A stretch of DNA of 64,000 nt. Origin: Heptranchias perlo. Lineage: Eukaryota. The stretch spans positions 42,284,001 to 42,348,000 of the forward strand of contig NC_090340.1 of assembly GCF_035084215.1 (NCBI RefSeq), in the 5' to 3' direction. This document shows, piece after piece, positions 10,447 through 23,482 of this stretch; position 1 is the first letter of the stretch, and each line of letters opens with the position of its first letter. The position numbers were made by a program, and so were the translations under genes. The notes under the pieces are model-generated. The model had not been told where the DNA came from, ran no database searches, and saw nothing but the letters and a program-made list of their open reading frames with translations.

Positions 10447-13400
10447 CTAGGTTCTGGAGAAGGTGGGACCTGTACAAGCGGGACGGGTTACACCCAAGCA
10501 GGACCGGGACCAATGTCCTCGCGGGGGTGTTTGCTAGTGCTGTTGGGAAAGGTTTAAACTAGAATGGCAGGGGGATGGGAACCTGAGCAGGAAGACAGAG
10601 GAGGGGGAAACAAGGAGAGAAACAAAAGACAGAAAGGGGAGAAGCAATAGTGGAAGGCAGAGAAAACAAGGGCGAAAAACAAATAGGGCCATAGTGCAAA
10701 ATAAAACTAAGATGACTAGCAATCTTAAAAAGACAAGTCTAAAGGCATTCACAATAAGGTAGATGAATTAACAGCGCAGATAGATATTAACAGTTATGAT
10801 ATAGTTGCGATTATGGAGACACAGCTGCAGGGTGACCGAGGATGGGAACTGAACATCCAGGGGTATTCAGTATTTAGGAAGGACAGGCAAAAAGGGAAAG
10901 GAGGTGAGGTAGCGTTGTTAGTAAAGGAGGAAATCAATGCAATAGTGAGGAAGGATATTGTCTCGGAAAATCACGATGTGGAATCTGTATGGGTGGAGCT
11001 AAGAAACACCAAGGGGCAGAAAACGTTGGTGGGGGTTGTCTATAGGCCCCCAAACAGTAGTGGAGATGTAGGGGAGGGCATTAAACAGGAAATTAGAGAC
11101 ACATGCAAGAAGGTTACAACTATAATCATGGGTGACTTTAATATACATATAGATTGGTCAAACCAAATTAGCAATAATACTGTGGAGGAGGAATTCCTGG
11201 AGTGTGTACGTGATGGTTTTCTAGACCAATACATTGAGGAACCAACTAGAGAACAGGCGATCCTAGACTGGGTATTGTGCAATGAGAAAGGATTAATTAA
11301 CAATCTTGTTGTGCGGGGTCCCTTAGGGAAGAGCGACCATAACATGATAGAATTCCTCATTAAGATGGAGAGTGAAGTTGTTGAATCCGAAACTAGGGTC
11401 CTGAATCTAAATAAAGGAAATTACGAAAGTATGAGGTGCGAGTTGGCTATGATAGATTGGGGAACTTTACTAAAAGGGATGATGGTGGATAGGCAATGGC
11501 TAATATTTAAAGAACGTATGCAGGAATTACAACAATTATTCATTCCTGTCTGGCGCAAAAGCAAAACAGGAAAGGTGGCTCAACCGTGGCTTACAAAAGA
11601 AATTAGGGATAGTATTAGATCCAAAGAGGAAACACATAAAATTGCCAGAAAAAGCGGCAAGCCTGAGGATTGGGAGCAGTTCACAATTCAGCAAAGGAGG
11701 ACAAAGAGATTGATTAAGAGGGGAAAAATAGAGTATGAGAGTAAACTAGCAGGGAACATAAAAACTGACTGTAAATGCTTCTATAAATATGTCAAGAGAA
11801 AAAAATTGGTGAAGACAAATGTAGGTCCCTTACAGTCAGAAATGGGGGAAATTATAATGGGGAACAAAGAAATGGCAGAACAATTAAACACATACTTTGG
11901 TGTTCTGTCTTCACAAAGGAGGACACAAATAACCTGCCAGAAATGTTAGGGAACCAATGGTCTAGTAAGAGGGAGGAACTGAAGGAAACCAGTATTAGTA
12001 AAAAAAAAAATAGCGCTAGCGAAATTAATGGGGCTAAAGGCTGACAAATCCCCAGCGCCTAATAATCTACATCCCAGAGTACTAAAGGAAGTGGCCCTGG
12101 AAATAGTGGATGCATTGGTGATCATCTTCCAAAATTCTATAGACTCTGGAACAGTTCCTACAGATTGGAGGGTAGCAAATGAAACCCCACTATTTAAAAA
12201 AGGAGGGAATGAAAAAACAGGGAATTGCAGACCAGTTAGCCTAACATCAGTAGTGGGGAAAATGCTAGAGTCTATTATAAAAGATGTGATAACAGAACAC
12301 TTGGAGGGTATTAACGGGATCAGCATGGGTTTATGGAAGGGAAATCATGCTTAACTAATCTACTGGAGTTTTTTGAGGCTGTAACTAGTAGAATAGATAG
12401 GGGAGAACCAGTGGATGTGGTGTATTTGGATTTTCAGAAGGCTTTTGATGAGGTCCCACACAAGAGGTTAGTGTGCAAAATTAAAGCACATGGGATTGGG
12501 GGGAATATACTGGCATGGATTGAGAATTGGTTGACAGACAGGAAACAGAGTAGGAATAACCAGGTCTTTTTCCGGGTGGCCGGCAGTGACTAGTGGGGTA
12601 CCGCAGAGATCAGTGCTTGGGCCCCAGCTATTCATAATATTCAATGATTTGGATGAGGGAACTAAATGTAACATTTCCAAGTTTGCAGACGACACAAAGC
12701 TGGTGTGGAATGTGAGCTGTGAGGAGGATGCAAAGAGGCTCCAATGTGATTTAGACAAGTTGGGTGAGTGGGCAAGAACATGGCAGATGCAGTATAACTT
12801 GGATAAATGTGAGGCTATTCACTTTGGTTGGAAAAACAGAAAGGCAGATTATTATCTGAATGTTGATAGATTGGGAAAAGGGGAGGTGCAACGAGACCTG
12901 GGTGTCCTTATACACCAGTCGCTGAAAGCGAGCATTCAGGTGCAGCAAGCAGTTAGGAAGGCGAATGGTATGTTGGCCTTCATTGCAAGAGGATTAGAGT
13001 ACAGGAGCAGGGATGTCTTACTGCAGTTATACAGGGCCTTGGTGAGACCACACCTGGAGTATTGTGTGCAGTTTTGGTCTCCTTATCTGAGGAAGGATGT
13101 CCTTGCCATGGAGGGAGTGCAACGAAGGTTTACCAGACTGATTCCTGGAATGGCAGGACTGATGTATGAGGAGAGATTGGGTCGACTAGGCCTATATTCA
13201 CTCGAGTTTAGAAGAATGAGAGGTGATCTCATTCAAACATATAAAATTCTAACAGGACTAGACAGACTAGATGCAGGGAGGATGTTCCCGATGGCTGGGG
13301 AGTCCAGAACCAGGGGTCACAATATCGGGGTATGGGGTATGCCATTTAGAAATGAGATGAGGAGAAATTTCTTCACTGAGGGTAGTGAACCTGTGGAATT

Positions 13401-13607
13401 CTCTAACACAGAAGGCAGTGGAGGCCAAATCATTAGATGTATTCAAGAAGGAGACAGATATATTTCTTAATGCTAAAGGGATCAAGGGATATGGGGAAAA
13501 TGCAGTAACAGGGTACTGAGTTGGACGATCATTTTGAATGGTGGAGCAGGCCCGAAGGGCTGAATGGCCTCCTCTTGCTCCTATTTTCGATGTTTCTATG
13601 TTTCTAC
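10446..13607 (+). mobile_element. CR1 LINE, 5'-truncated, frameshifted ORF2 (APE endonuclease + RT), nested in an older CR1
   Basis: ORFs 10813-13470 with YRPP, GDFN, SDHN, LDFQKAFD, SKFADDTK, RPHLEYCVQFWSP. Ends in a CR1 3'UTR and tgtttcta-type octamer tail. Confidence 0.93.
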
Positions 13608-14497
13608 ATCGATGGTAGGAAAGATAATGGAATCTTTACTCAGATGTAATTGAAAATCATCTAGAAACCGAAAATGTAATCAAGAGTAGAGAGCATGGAC
13701 TTCAAAAGGGAAGGTCATTCTTTGAAGAAATAACAAAGAGTGGACAAGGATAATGCAGTATATGTGATATATTTGGATTTTCAAAAGGCATTTGATAAGG
13801 TACCATATTGTAGACCCATGACTAAGGTCAGAACATGTGGAGTCAGAACAGGGAGCAGAATGGATAGCAAACTAGCTAGAAAACAGAGAGTCGAGGTTAA
13901 GTGCAGCAACTTAGACTGGCAAAAGGTGGGAAGTGGTGTTCCACAGGGATCGGTGCTTGGATCACTGTTGTTCACAATTTACATTAACTATTTGGACTCA
14001 GGAATTGGAAATACAATTTCAAAATTTGTGGACACCACCAAATTGGGGGGTGTAGCTAATACAACGGAAGAATAAGGAGGCCACATACTGCTTGGATACT
14101 ATTCTAAATGGGGTAGTGGAGCAAAGGGATCTAGGAGTACACATTCACATTACTAAAAGTAGTGACACAAGTTAATAAGGCCATTTTTTTTTTTAAAAAG
14201 CAAACCAAGCACTGGGGTTCATTTCTAGAGGGATAGATTTGAAAAAAAGAAAAGTTATGTTAAACTTGTGTCGAAGCTCGGTTAGAACACACTTGGAGTA
14301 CTGTGCACAATTCTGGTCTCCATATTACAAAAATAATGTAGAGGCATTAGAGAAGGTGCAAGAAAGTGTCACAAGGATGATACCACATCTGAGAGGATAT
14401 ACATATTAGGAAAGGCTAAACAGGCTGGGGCTCTTTTCTCTAGAAAAGAGAAGGCTGAGGAGTGACCTGCCAGAGGTCTTTAAGATAATGAACGGGT
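13608..14497 (+). mobile_element. Continuation (RT region) of the degenerate host CR1
   Basis: Resumes at MVGKIMESLL-like sequence; LDFQKAFDKVP, GVPQGSVLG. Confidence 0.8.
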
Positions 14498-15569
14498 AGC
14501 ATTTGACAGAGTGTGGCACCAAGGATCCCCAGTAAAATTGAAGTCAATGGGAATCAAGGGAGAACTGTCCAGTGGCTGGAGTCATAATGGCACAAAGAAA
14601 GATGGTTGTGGTTGTTGGAGGCCAATCATCTCAGCCCCAGGACAATTGCTGCAGGAGTTCCAAGGCCCAACCATCTTCAGCTGCTTCATCAATGACCTTC
14701 CCTCCATCATAAGGTCAGAAATGGAGATGTTCGCTGACTATTGCACAGTGTTCAGTTCCATTTCAACCCTTCAGATAATGAAGCAGTTCGAGCCCGCATG
14801 CAGCAAGACCTGGACAACATCCAGGCTTGGGCTGGTAAGTGGCAAGTAACATTCACGCCAGACAAGTGCCAGGCAATGACTCCAACATGAGAGAGTCTAA
14901 CCACCTCCCTTTGACATTCAAAGGCATTACCATCGCTGAATCCCCCACCATCAACATCCTGGAGATCACCATTGACCAGAAACTTAACTGGACCAGCCAC
15001 ATAAATACTGTGGCTACAAGAGCAGATCACAGGCTGGGTATTCTGCGACGAGTGACTCACCTCCTGACTCCCCAAAGCCTTTCCACCATCTTCAAGGCAC
15101 AAGTCAGGAGTGTGATGAAATACTCCCCACTTGCCTTGGGTGAGTGCAGCTCCAACAACACTCAAGAAGCTCGACACCATCCAGGACAAAGCAGCCCGCT
15201 TGGTTGGCACCCCATCCACCACCCTAAACATTCACTCCCTTCATCATCGGCACACCGTGGCTGCCATGTGTACCATCCACAGGATGTACTGCAGCAACTC
15301 GCCAAGGCTTCTTCGACAGCACCTCCCAAACCCGCGACCTCTACCATCTAGAAGGACAAGGGCAGCAGGCACATGGGAACACCACCACCTGCACGTTCCC
15401 CTCCAAGTCACACACCATCCCGATTTGGAAATATATCACCGTTCCTTCATAGTCGCTGGGTCAAAATCCTGGAACTCCCTACCTAACAGCACTGTGGGAG
15501 AACTTTCACCACACGGACTGCAGCGGTTCAAGAAGGCAGCTCACCACCACCTTCTGAAGGGCAATTAGT
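14498..15569 (+). mobile_element. Second CR1-group LINE family ('family B'), 5'-truncated copy lacking its tail
   Basis: VWHQG, GPTIFSCFINDLPSIIRSEMEMFAD. Highly similar to 16157-17237. Confidence 0.85.
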
Positions 15570-17305
15570 CCAGCACGTGAGTGCAAAAGACAAGGCTAAA
15601 GCGTTTGCAACCATCTTCAGCCAGAAGTGCCGAGTGGATGATCCATCTCGGCTTCCTCCTGATATCCCCACCATCACAGAAGCCAGTCTTCAGCCAATTT
15701 GATTCACTCCACGTGATAGCAAGAAACGGCTGAGTGCACTGGATACGGCAAAGGCTATGGGCCCTGACAACATCCCAGCTGTAGTGCTGAAGACTTGTTC
15801 TCCAGAACTAGCTGCGCCTCTAGCCAAGCTGTTCCAGTACAGCTACAACACTGGCATCTACCCGACAATGTGGAAAATTGCCCAGGTATGTCCTGTACAC
15901 AAAAAGCAGGACAAATCCAATCCGGCCAATTACCGCCCCATCAGTCTACTCTCAATCATCAGCAAAGTGATGGAAGGTGTCGTCGACAGTGCTATCAAGC
16001 AGCACTTACTCACCAATAACCTGCTCGCCTATGCTCAATTTGGGTTCCGCCAGGACCACTCTGCCTCAGACCTCATTACAGCCTTGGTCCAAACATGGAC
16101 AAAAGAGCTGAATTCCAGAGGTGAGGTGAGAGCGACTACCCTTGACATCAAGGCAGCATTTGACCAAGTGTGGCACCAAGGAGCCCTAGTAAAATTGAAG
16201 TCAATGGTAATCGTGGGGAAAACTCTCCAGTGGCTGGAGTCATATCTAGCACAAAGGAAGATGGTAGTGGTTGTTGGAGGCCAATCATCTCAGCCCCAGG
16301 GCATTGCTGCAGGAGTTCCTCAAGGCAGTGTCCAAGGCCCAACCATCTTCAGCTGCTTCATCAATGACCTTCCCTCCATCATAAGGTCAGAAATGGGGAT
16401 GTTCGCTGATGATTGCACAGTGTTCAGTTCCATTCGCAATGCCTCAAATAATGAAGCAGTCCGAGCCCGCATGCAGCAAGACCTGGACAACATCCAGACT
16501 TGGGCTCATAAGTGACAAGTAACATTCGCGCCAGATAAGTGCCAGGCAATGACCATCTCCAACAAGAGAGAGTCTAACCACCTCCCCTTGACATTCAACG
16601 GCATTACCATCGCCGAATCCCCCACCATCAACATCCTGGGGGTCACCATTGACCAGAAACTTAACTGGACCAGCCATATAAATACTGTGGCTACGAGAGC
16701 AGGTCAGAGGCTGGGTATTCTGTGGCGAGTGACTCACCTCCTGACTCCCCAAAGCCTTTCCACCATCTACAAGGCACAAGTCAGGAGTGTGATGGAATAC
16801 TCTCCACTTGCCGGGATGAGTGCAGCTCCAACAACACTCAAGAAGCTCGACACCATCCAAGATAAAGCAGCCCGCTTGATTGGCACCTGATCCACCACCC
16901 TAAACATTCACTCCCTTCACCACCGGCACACTGTGGCTGCAGTGTGTACCATCCACAGGATGCACTGCAGCAACTCGCCAAGGCTTCTTAGACAACACCT
17001 CCCAAACCCTCGACCTCTACCACCTAGAAGGACAAGAGCAGCAGGCACATGGGAACAACACCACCTGCACGTTCCCCTCCAAGTCACACACCAAGACTTG
17101 GAAATATATCGCCGTTCCTTTACCTTCGCTGGGTCAAAATCCTGGAACTCCCTAACAGCACTGTGGGAGAACCGTCACCATACGGACTGCAGCGGTTCAA
17201 GAAGGTGGCTCACCACCACCTTCTCAAGGGCAATTAGGGATGGGCAATAAAATGCCGGCCTCGCCAGCGATGCCCACATCCCATGAATGAATAAAAAAAA
17301 ATTTA
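15570..17305 (+). mobile_element. LINE family B, 5'-truncated copy with RT domain and tail
   Basis: ORF 15757-16515: GPDNIP, NYRPISLL, QFGFR, LDIKAAFD, GVPQGS, MFADD. Tail cccacatcccatgaatgaataaaaaaa. Confidence 0.9.
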
Positions 17306-17630
17306 AAGAAAATGTTTCGACATGGGGAGTTCAAAACTAGAGGCCATAAATATAAATCAGTCGTGAAAAATCCAATAGGGAATTCAGGAGAAACTTCTTT
17401 ACCCAAAGAGGTAAGAATGTGGAATGCGATCTTACAAGGAGTAATTGAGGCAAATAACATAGATGTAGTTAAAGGTAAGCTAAATAAGCGCATGAGGGAG
17501 AAAGGAATAGAAGGATATGCTGATGTGGTTAGATTAAGAGGGGTGGGAGGAGGCTCGTGTGGAGCATAAACGCTGGTATTGACCAGTTGGGCCGAATGGC
17601 CTATTTCCGTGCTGTAGGCTGGATGTAACT
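17306..17630 (+). mobile_element. 3' end of the degenerate host CR1
   Basis: TRGHKYK...VRMWNAIL C-terminal ORF2 motif, then gggccgaatggcct 3'UTR. Confidence 0.75.
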
Positions 17631-18279
17631 CGATATTGAAGTTTCCCTGTGATATAGTATAATGACCTTGTAATGATTGCAGTTGAATTATACTATTCCA
17701 ATTTTCAACAGATTCTTCTCCAAAAGGTGAGCCTTATTTAGAATAAATCAATGCTTTAAACAATATGCATAATATCAATTTTCCCAGCTGCATTCACTGT
17801 TTGTTTCCCCACCTAATTTCAAAAGTTACTCCTGCATATAGTAAGTTAAATTTGTAGGGATTACAGTTTGTGAAGTCAAATAATTGAGTTTTAGTTTCAT
17901 GCAGTGTGTTATGGTCCACCCTTAACTTTCATCTTTATTGCATAACACCTTTTTGCTTACACACTTCCTTTCATACTGCATAAATTCTGAAAATTAGTTT
18001 GTATGTATGCTATGAAATAGAGAATTACCCAGCCTTTACCTTTTTGCACCCACAGCATTTCAAATTATTCTTCTAAAAATGGCATCCATTGTGGATTGCT
18101 CCTAATTGAGACTGGTTATGAAGTCCAGCCGGAGTTTGTTCAGCTCTCTAAACTGTTTAAGTCATTTATAGGTTGAGGTCTGTTGGCTTTGAATTGTCCT
18201 TGCTGTGGGTTGTTTATGCATAAGAAAGCTAAATTTAATTAATGGAGAAACAGATATTAAAATTGTCTGGTGATGAAGT

Positions 18280-18720
18280 TGAAGGAAAGAGTATTAGCCT
18301 TGTAGAGAAAGGTAGAGGAACTCATGAGAGTAAATAACTTTGAGGAGATTACTGAGGTTAAAGTAGCACTGCACCAATCAGGTGATTGCGATAGTGAACA
18401 TTAAGGGTGAGTCAACAGGAATTGGGGTTGGGGACCAATACCTCCAGGTATAGGGTCACCAAGATGAGGAGACATGTGCAAACCAAAAAAATTAGGATAT
18501 TGGATGGATAAAGATGGAAAAAGTTTAAAGCCAGTCAAGAATGCTGGAGAAGTTACTTTGGAAATTACAATAAACAGATTCCAGGTGCTGCCCATAATGC
18601 AGAAAGAGACCAGAGGAAGAGGTAGCTAAGAGCTCAGAAGATCGTTGGGAGAAAGCCACACGGAGATTGTAATCATGGGCATTTGTTTCTCAGAAAGGTG
18701 AATAGCTATGTATATCATAA
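18280..18720 (+). mobile_element. Very degenerate CR1 ORF1 relic
   Basis: aacagattccaggtgctg (NRFQVL) followed by an IVIMG-like esterase block, in the same order as ORF1 at 44531. Confidence 0.4.
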
Positions 18721-18740
18721 TGATAACAGTTATAGTGTAG

Positions 18741-18916
18741 GATAATGTATAATATAATCAGAAAATAGCTCAACAATAAAAAAGTCAGTAATAATTTCTT
18801 TGTATTGTGAGAATGTAATCTGTGTGATAGAGGCTAACACATGGTTAGATTCGGTCCTTAGGATTCTGCAGAGGAATGCTAAGTAAGCTGGAGGTGTCAG
18901 GTTAATGCTATTTACA
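18741..18916 (+). repeat. Dispersed ~175-bp repeat, copy 1 (copy 2 at 39860-40035)
   Basis: Both begin gataatgtataatataat..aaatagctcaacaat and stay colinear to ttaatgc.attta. Confidence 0.8.
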
Positions 18917-19565
18917 CATATATGGGCTACATATGCACACTCTTTGGATGTCTGACCAGTTCAAACCTATTTCTTTGAGATAACGGGTTATCCTCACTGA
19001 TGATACAAATATTTACATAATCAGAATCCCTGGTGAATTCTCAATTGTAACTCTTGAAGATATAGGGATAGAAGTTTGGCCATGTAGCGTCCAATTTTCA
19101 GGCGCCACGCGGCCTTCTGAGGTCCCAATATGGCATCCGGAATACACGTGCACGCTTCTAGTGTGACGTGTGCTGGACGCCATTTTGGTAAAGGCATTTG
19201 CGCAAATGCAGATAACGAATGCCGGCATGGAGCATTTGTGTTGGATCAGTGTGCAACGCTGATTTAAAGGGATAGACACCATTTTGGCACTCAACGCTCC
19301 AGCCAACGAACTTTCTTAATCACGAACAGCTGAACATGTCTTCGACGGCCTGGAGGACCCCCTACCAGCGCTATTTAAAGGGATCATGATGTTGCAGGTT
19401 AGTGGCTAGTTTACTGCTTCTGGCTGCTGGTACAATTGTACATGTTTGTTGAAGCTTCCTATACTTGGATAGAGTTGCTAAAGTATTATAATGGGTGGTT
19501 TGGCAGGTCCTGCATTACTGTTAGTGTCATTTACAACAGTGTGCTGAACAAGATTCCTGGCATCC

Positions 19566-19958
19566 ATGGGTGGCCTGCTAGGGCTCCCGCTGGGCATAGA
19601 ACATGACTGGAAGCATGTGGAGAGGCCACGCAGAGCAGGTCAAGCTGCAAGGAGAAGGAAGAGGAGGCAGAGGACACTGAGCAGGAGGCCGTATTCCCTG
19701 AGGGCCTTCAGGGAACAATACTCTTACCTCAACATGAGCAAAGATCAGTGCATCTGACTGCTGCAGTTCGTCAAAGAGGTAGTGACGGAGATCTGTCAAC
19801 TGCTGCAGCCACAACTGCAACCTCAGAGAGGGGCAAGGACAGCATTGCCTGTGGCTGTCAGGGGTAACCATGGCGCTGAACTTTTACATCTCTGGATCCT
19901 TTCAGGCCTCTGCTGGCAATATGTGCAACATCTCGCAGTTTGCAGTGCACTGCTGCGA
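19566..19958 (+). pseudogene. Harbinger (HARBI1-like) transposase N-terminal remnant
   Basis: FREQYSYLNMSKDQCI*LLQFVKEVVTEICQLLQPQLQPQRGARTALPVAV, then a frameshift to VTMALNFYISGSFQASAGNMCNISQFAVHCC. Truncated before the DDE core. Confidence 0.8.
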
Positions 19959-21280
19959 CATCAGTCATTAGACACTGCATCATGGTGGGTTCCACATGTG
20001 TATAGATGAAGGTGACCACCCGTTCCATGTGGGTAAGGATGGGCTCCAAGCTCTGCGCAAAGCCCTGTGCCAAGTTCAAGGTGGACTCCTCCATGCCCCT
20101 TGACATTGTGCGCAGGCTTTCTGGCAGTGCACCGAGCATTTGGTGGTGTATGGCAATCAGTCATCTTCTGTAGCCTGACCCATCAAAGTCATCATCTGAT
20201 GCCTCGGCAGCAGAGCCACTGTGCAATCGCCCTCTCTAGCGAGCTAGCACCTGTGCTATCCGTTCCCCTCACCCCGGCTCCTGAGCATTTGTGCCCTGTG
20301 TCTCTCCACGTGCAGATCCCTCCTCTAACCTAGCCTCTAAAGTACGCGCAGTGTCAGTATCTGACCTGGTGGATATGAGTGTCAGATCAAGTGACGGTGC
20401 GGCTTTGTTTTCGGTGTCTTCCTCTTCCTTGGACGGTGCAGGCTCCATGTCTTGGACACCTGCAATGACAAAGGGAGATGGGTTGAGTTGTGGAGCGGGA
20501 GAGGAGCATGTACGGCATGCGTGCTGACACCACCTGTAGCATGTGTGTCAGAAAGGATTGTGGGATGAGGGAAATGAGAAGGAGTATTAGGTATGCAGAG
20601 ACCCCCCCCCCTTTGTTGGGACCTCCAGTAGCCACGGCCACAGCAATATCCCACCCAATGATGTGCAGCACAGTCTCCTCCCTCAGGTCTTTCGGTCTGC
20701 CAGTTGTTATGTGCCACCTTCTCCTGCAAGATAAAGGGAAGTGTGTCAGTGAGTGTCCTGCAATGTGTTTGGGTGATGTGACTGTCATGGACAAATAGCT
20801 GCCAGTTTGTGTGACCTGTGAGGGGTGGGTGTGTGAATTGCAAGTGTGCTACTATGTGAGGATGAGATGCAGCATCCCGAAGTGCAGCGTTGCGAACAGA
20901 TGGGCACCGTTTGTTGGTGGGTGGGTGGTTGGGGTCGGGGGTGGGGGGGGTATCGTGCGTGGAGCGGCGCTGCGGGAGGTCGGATGTGCTACTCGACACT
21001 TGCATTCACTCACCTTGATCACTTGTGTCAAATCATTGAGCTTTTTCCGGCACTGTATCCATGTGGGTGGTGCTATACTCCTGCCATTCACCTCCACAGC
21101 CACTTCCTCCCATTGCCTCCGCAGTTGGTGTCTGGAGGGTCCCCTGCCACCCTGAGGGGACAGGATGGCTCTCTATTTCTGCACTCCCTCCACTAAGGCC
21201 TCCAGTGCGCTGTCGGAGAACCTCAGGTCACGCTCTCTTGCCACTCCAACCATTCTGCCTGTCATCCTGCATTGCTTCCA
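19959..21280 (-). pseudogene. Harbinger Myb/SANT-like DNA-binding gene remnant with intron 20724-21013
   Basis: RFSDSALEALVEGV...QWEEVAVEVNGRSIAPPTWIQCRKKLNDLTQVIK|gtgagt ... ttgcag|EKVAHN. Confidence 0.75.
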
Positions 21281-22958
21281 TTGACAGTGCACCTCCCCTT
21301 TAAGAGGTGCAGGCTGCCTTTACCTAGTGTGGGCCACGCCCCATATTGGGCTCCTGCTGATGTGTTCAGCCACTCAACGGCATGAATCTCGTGTGCTGCC
21401 TGCATCGCTAACACCGGGCATGGGTTAACCGCGACCCCCGCGCCTGGTATCGGACCTTATCGAATTTAACTCCCATAATCTATGTAGGGCCGGGTTTAAT
21501 GGTACCAGACAGACTGCTCACTACAAGCAGACATGTGAGATCTTTGCAATTCAAGACAGGAACAAAAACTCCTTGCTTAGATAGTCCAAATCCATTCTCT
21601 GGTCAAAAAGAATTGAGAATGATTCAGCAAGGCTGGTCTTGCAAAGGCAGAAAACCAAGCATGTGATTTTACCATGAAATCCATGTTTTACCCCAGAGTT
21701 TAGCCTTAATTCAAATAACTAAATAAAGTGGGTCATTCTTCCCCATAATTTTTGAGAACTTTCAGATTTGTAATGTTACAATAGATCTTGAATAAATTAT
21801 CCGTGATATCATACCTGTTAGTCACATCCACCTTTTCAATGTAAATAATGCTGAACGATCCCTCTTGGTTTCAGTTGTGTTGCTAACCATTTCCCTCACT
21901 TGTGACCATGTTGTATAAGGCACTTATGTTACTGGCGAAAGGCAGCCAATTCCTTTTATAAATTAACTGATGTATAAATTATTGTTTTTGGGTGACAGAT
22001 TTGTAGTTGTAATCATTTAGTTTCTTGTTCAAGCTGGAAGATTTTTGGCGAACTAATTTTCTTGGCAGTAAAAGAGTATTAAATCATGCAGTGCTGGAGG
22101 CCCACCCAATCTAATTCTGCAGATCCTACAGATTGTTCATTCAGCTCAAAATAATCCTGGGTTTCCTTCTGTGCTTTTAAAATTATGATTCTGTTACAGT
22201 GATGCATTTAATCTTCATTACTGGGATTTGGATATTACATTCACAGATTCCAATTTAACAAAAAATGTGAAAAAAAAGTAAGACAGGAAAGGAAAAGGAC
22301 ATTTTATTGCCTTATTTTGATGCTGCTGTGAAGGCCTCATTTTCATTAGATTGTAGGGTAATGCACATAGGAGCAGCTAACAGTAAAAAGTATAACATTA
22401 AAATAGCTCAATGGGACTGGGGCTAAAAGTCATTAAAACAAAATTAAATCAAAGCAGCATGGTTGGGAATAATCAAAACAAAAATATTTATGCAGAGCCC
22501 ACTCATCACTGAAAACATCTTATGAATCCATAGACATTCCATGAAGGCTGACATGAAAGGTTTAGCTAGTCTGATGGAACTGTGACATTGAGTAAACCCA
22601 ATCCAACGGGATATGACAATGAGTGACAGCAATAAAATGTCTGGGAAGGCTTTAAACAAAAGAAAAGGAACTAAAATATCAAAATCAAATCAAAACAGTA
22701 AAAACAAGGCACATCACAATAAAATCAATGCAAATCAAAAAAAAAATTCCATGCAGTGTCCACTAGTTACAAAAAGCAACTGGTGAGACTGTCCCAACTG
22801 CATTTTGGATAACATGATATTGTGAAAGGCCAGTCTAAATGCACCACCTGGCAAGATTAGCCCCACAGTAAGATATGCCTCTCCTTAAAGGAAGGACATC
22901 ACTTGAATTTATGGGGAGAGGGGGCTTGGTCCATCCAAACTGAGTTCTGAAATAAATT

Positions 22959-23130
22959 GGAGAGGATTTTCCTGTTCCTGCATCTGAGTATATTGGATCA
23001 CTTCTGTGTGACAGAGAAAAATTGGGTGGGGATGATAACTTGGTCATAAGGGAGCTTGCCCGATTATTCTCTATTTGCTGGACTTGGGTGATCCAGTACA
23101 GCCAGATGTAGGGACAGTAAAATCTGCCCC
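22959..23130. mobile_element. Short Harbinger-like MITE
   Basis: ~28-bp imperfect TIR (ggagaggattttcctgttcctgcatctg / cagatgtagggacagtaaaatctgcccc) with ATT on both sides. Confidence 0.7.
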
Positions 23131-23381
23131 ATTAACTAAAGCAACAAAAATTAAATTAATAATGTGTATTTATACCATCCCTTTCACATTTTTAAAAAAA
23201 CCTCACAAATAGAAGAATGTAAGGGAAATAAATGCAGGGCCAGAGAGAGAGGGACAAGGAGTGACAAAGTTTGGTTGAAAAAAATAGGGTTTTGAGGAGA
23301 TCTTAAAAGGTGATAGGGTTCTGGAGAGGGAGTTCAATAGGGAGACTCTGAGATGGCTGAAGGCTTTGTCAGCAATGATGG

Positions 23382-23482
23382 GGCAATTGGGACTAGCTTA
23401 GTGGTATAAACTGGGCGACATGGACATGTTGGGCCGAAGGGCCTGTTTCCATGTTGTAACTTCTATGATTCTATGATTCTAT
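23382..23482 (+). mobile_element. CR1 3'-end fragment with (ATTCTATG)n tail
   Basis: Near-identical to 48361-48462. Confidence 0.85.

Larger units (their letters stand above)
19065..21474. mobile_element. PIF/Harbinger DNA transposon, internally deleted
   Basis: GGGA...TCCC ends flanked by ATA on both sides (3-bp TSD). Transposase remnant on + and Myb/SANT-like gene on -, the two-gene Harbinger layout. Confidence 0.85.
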
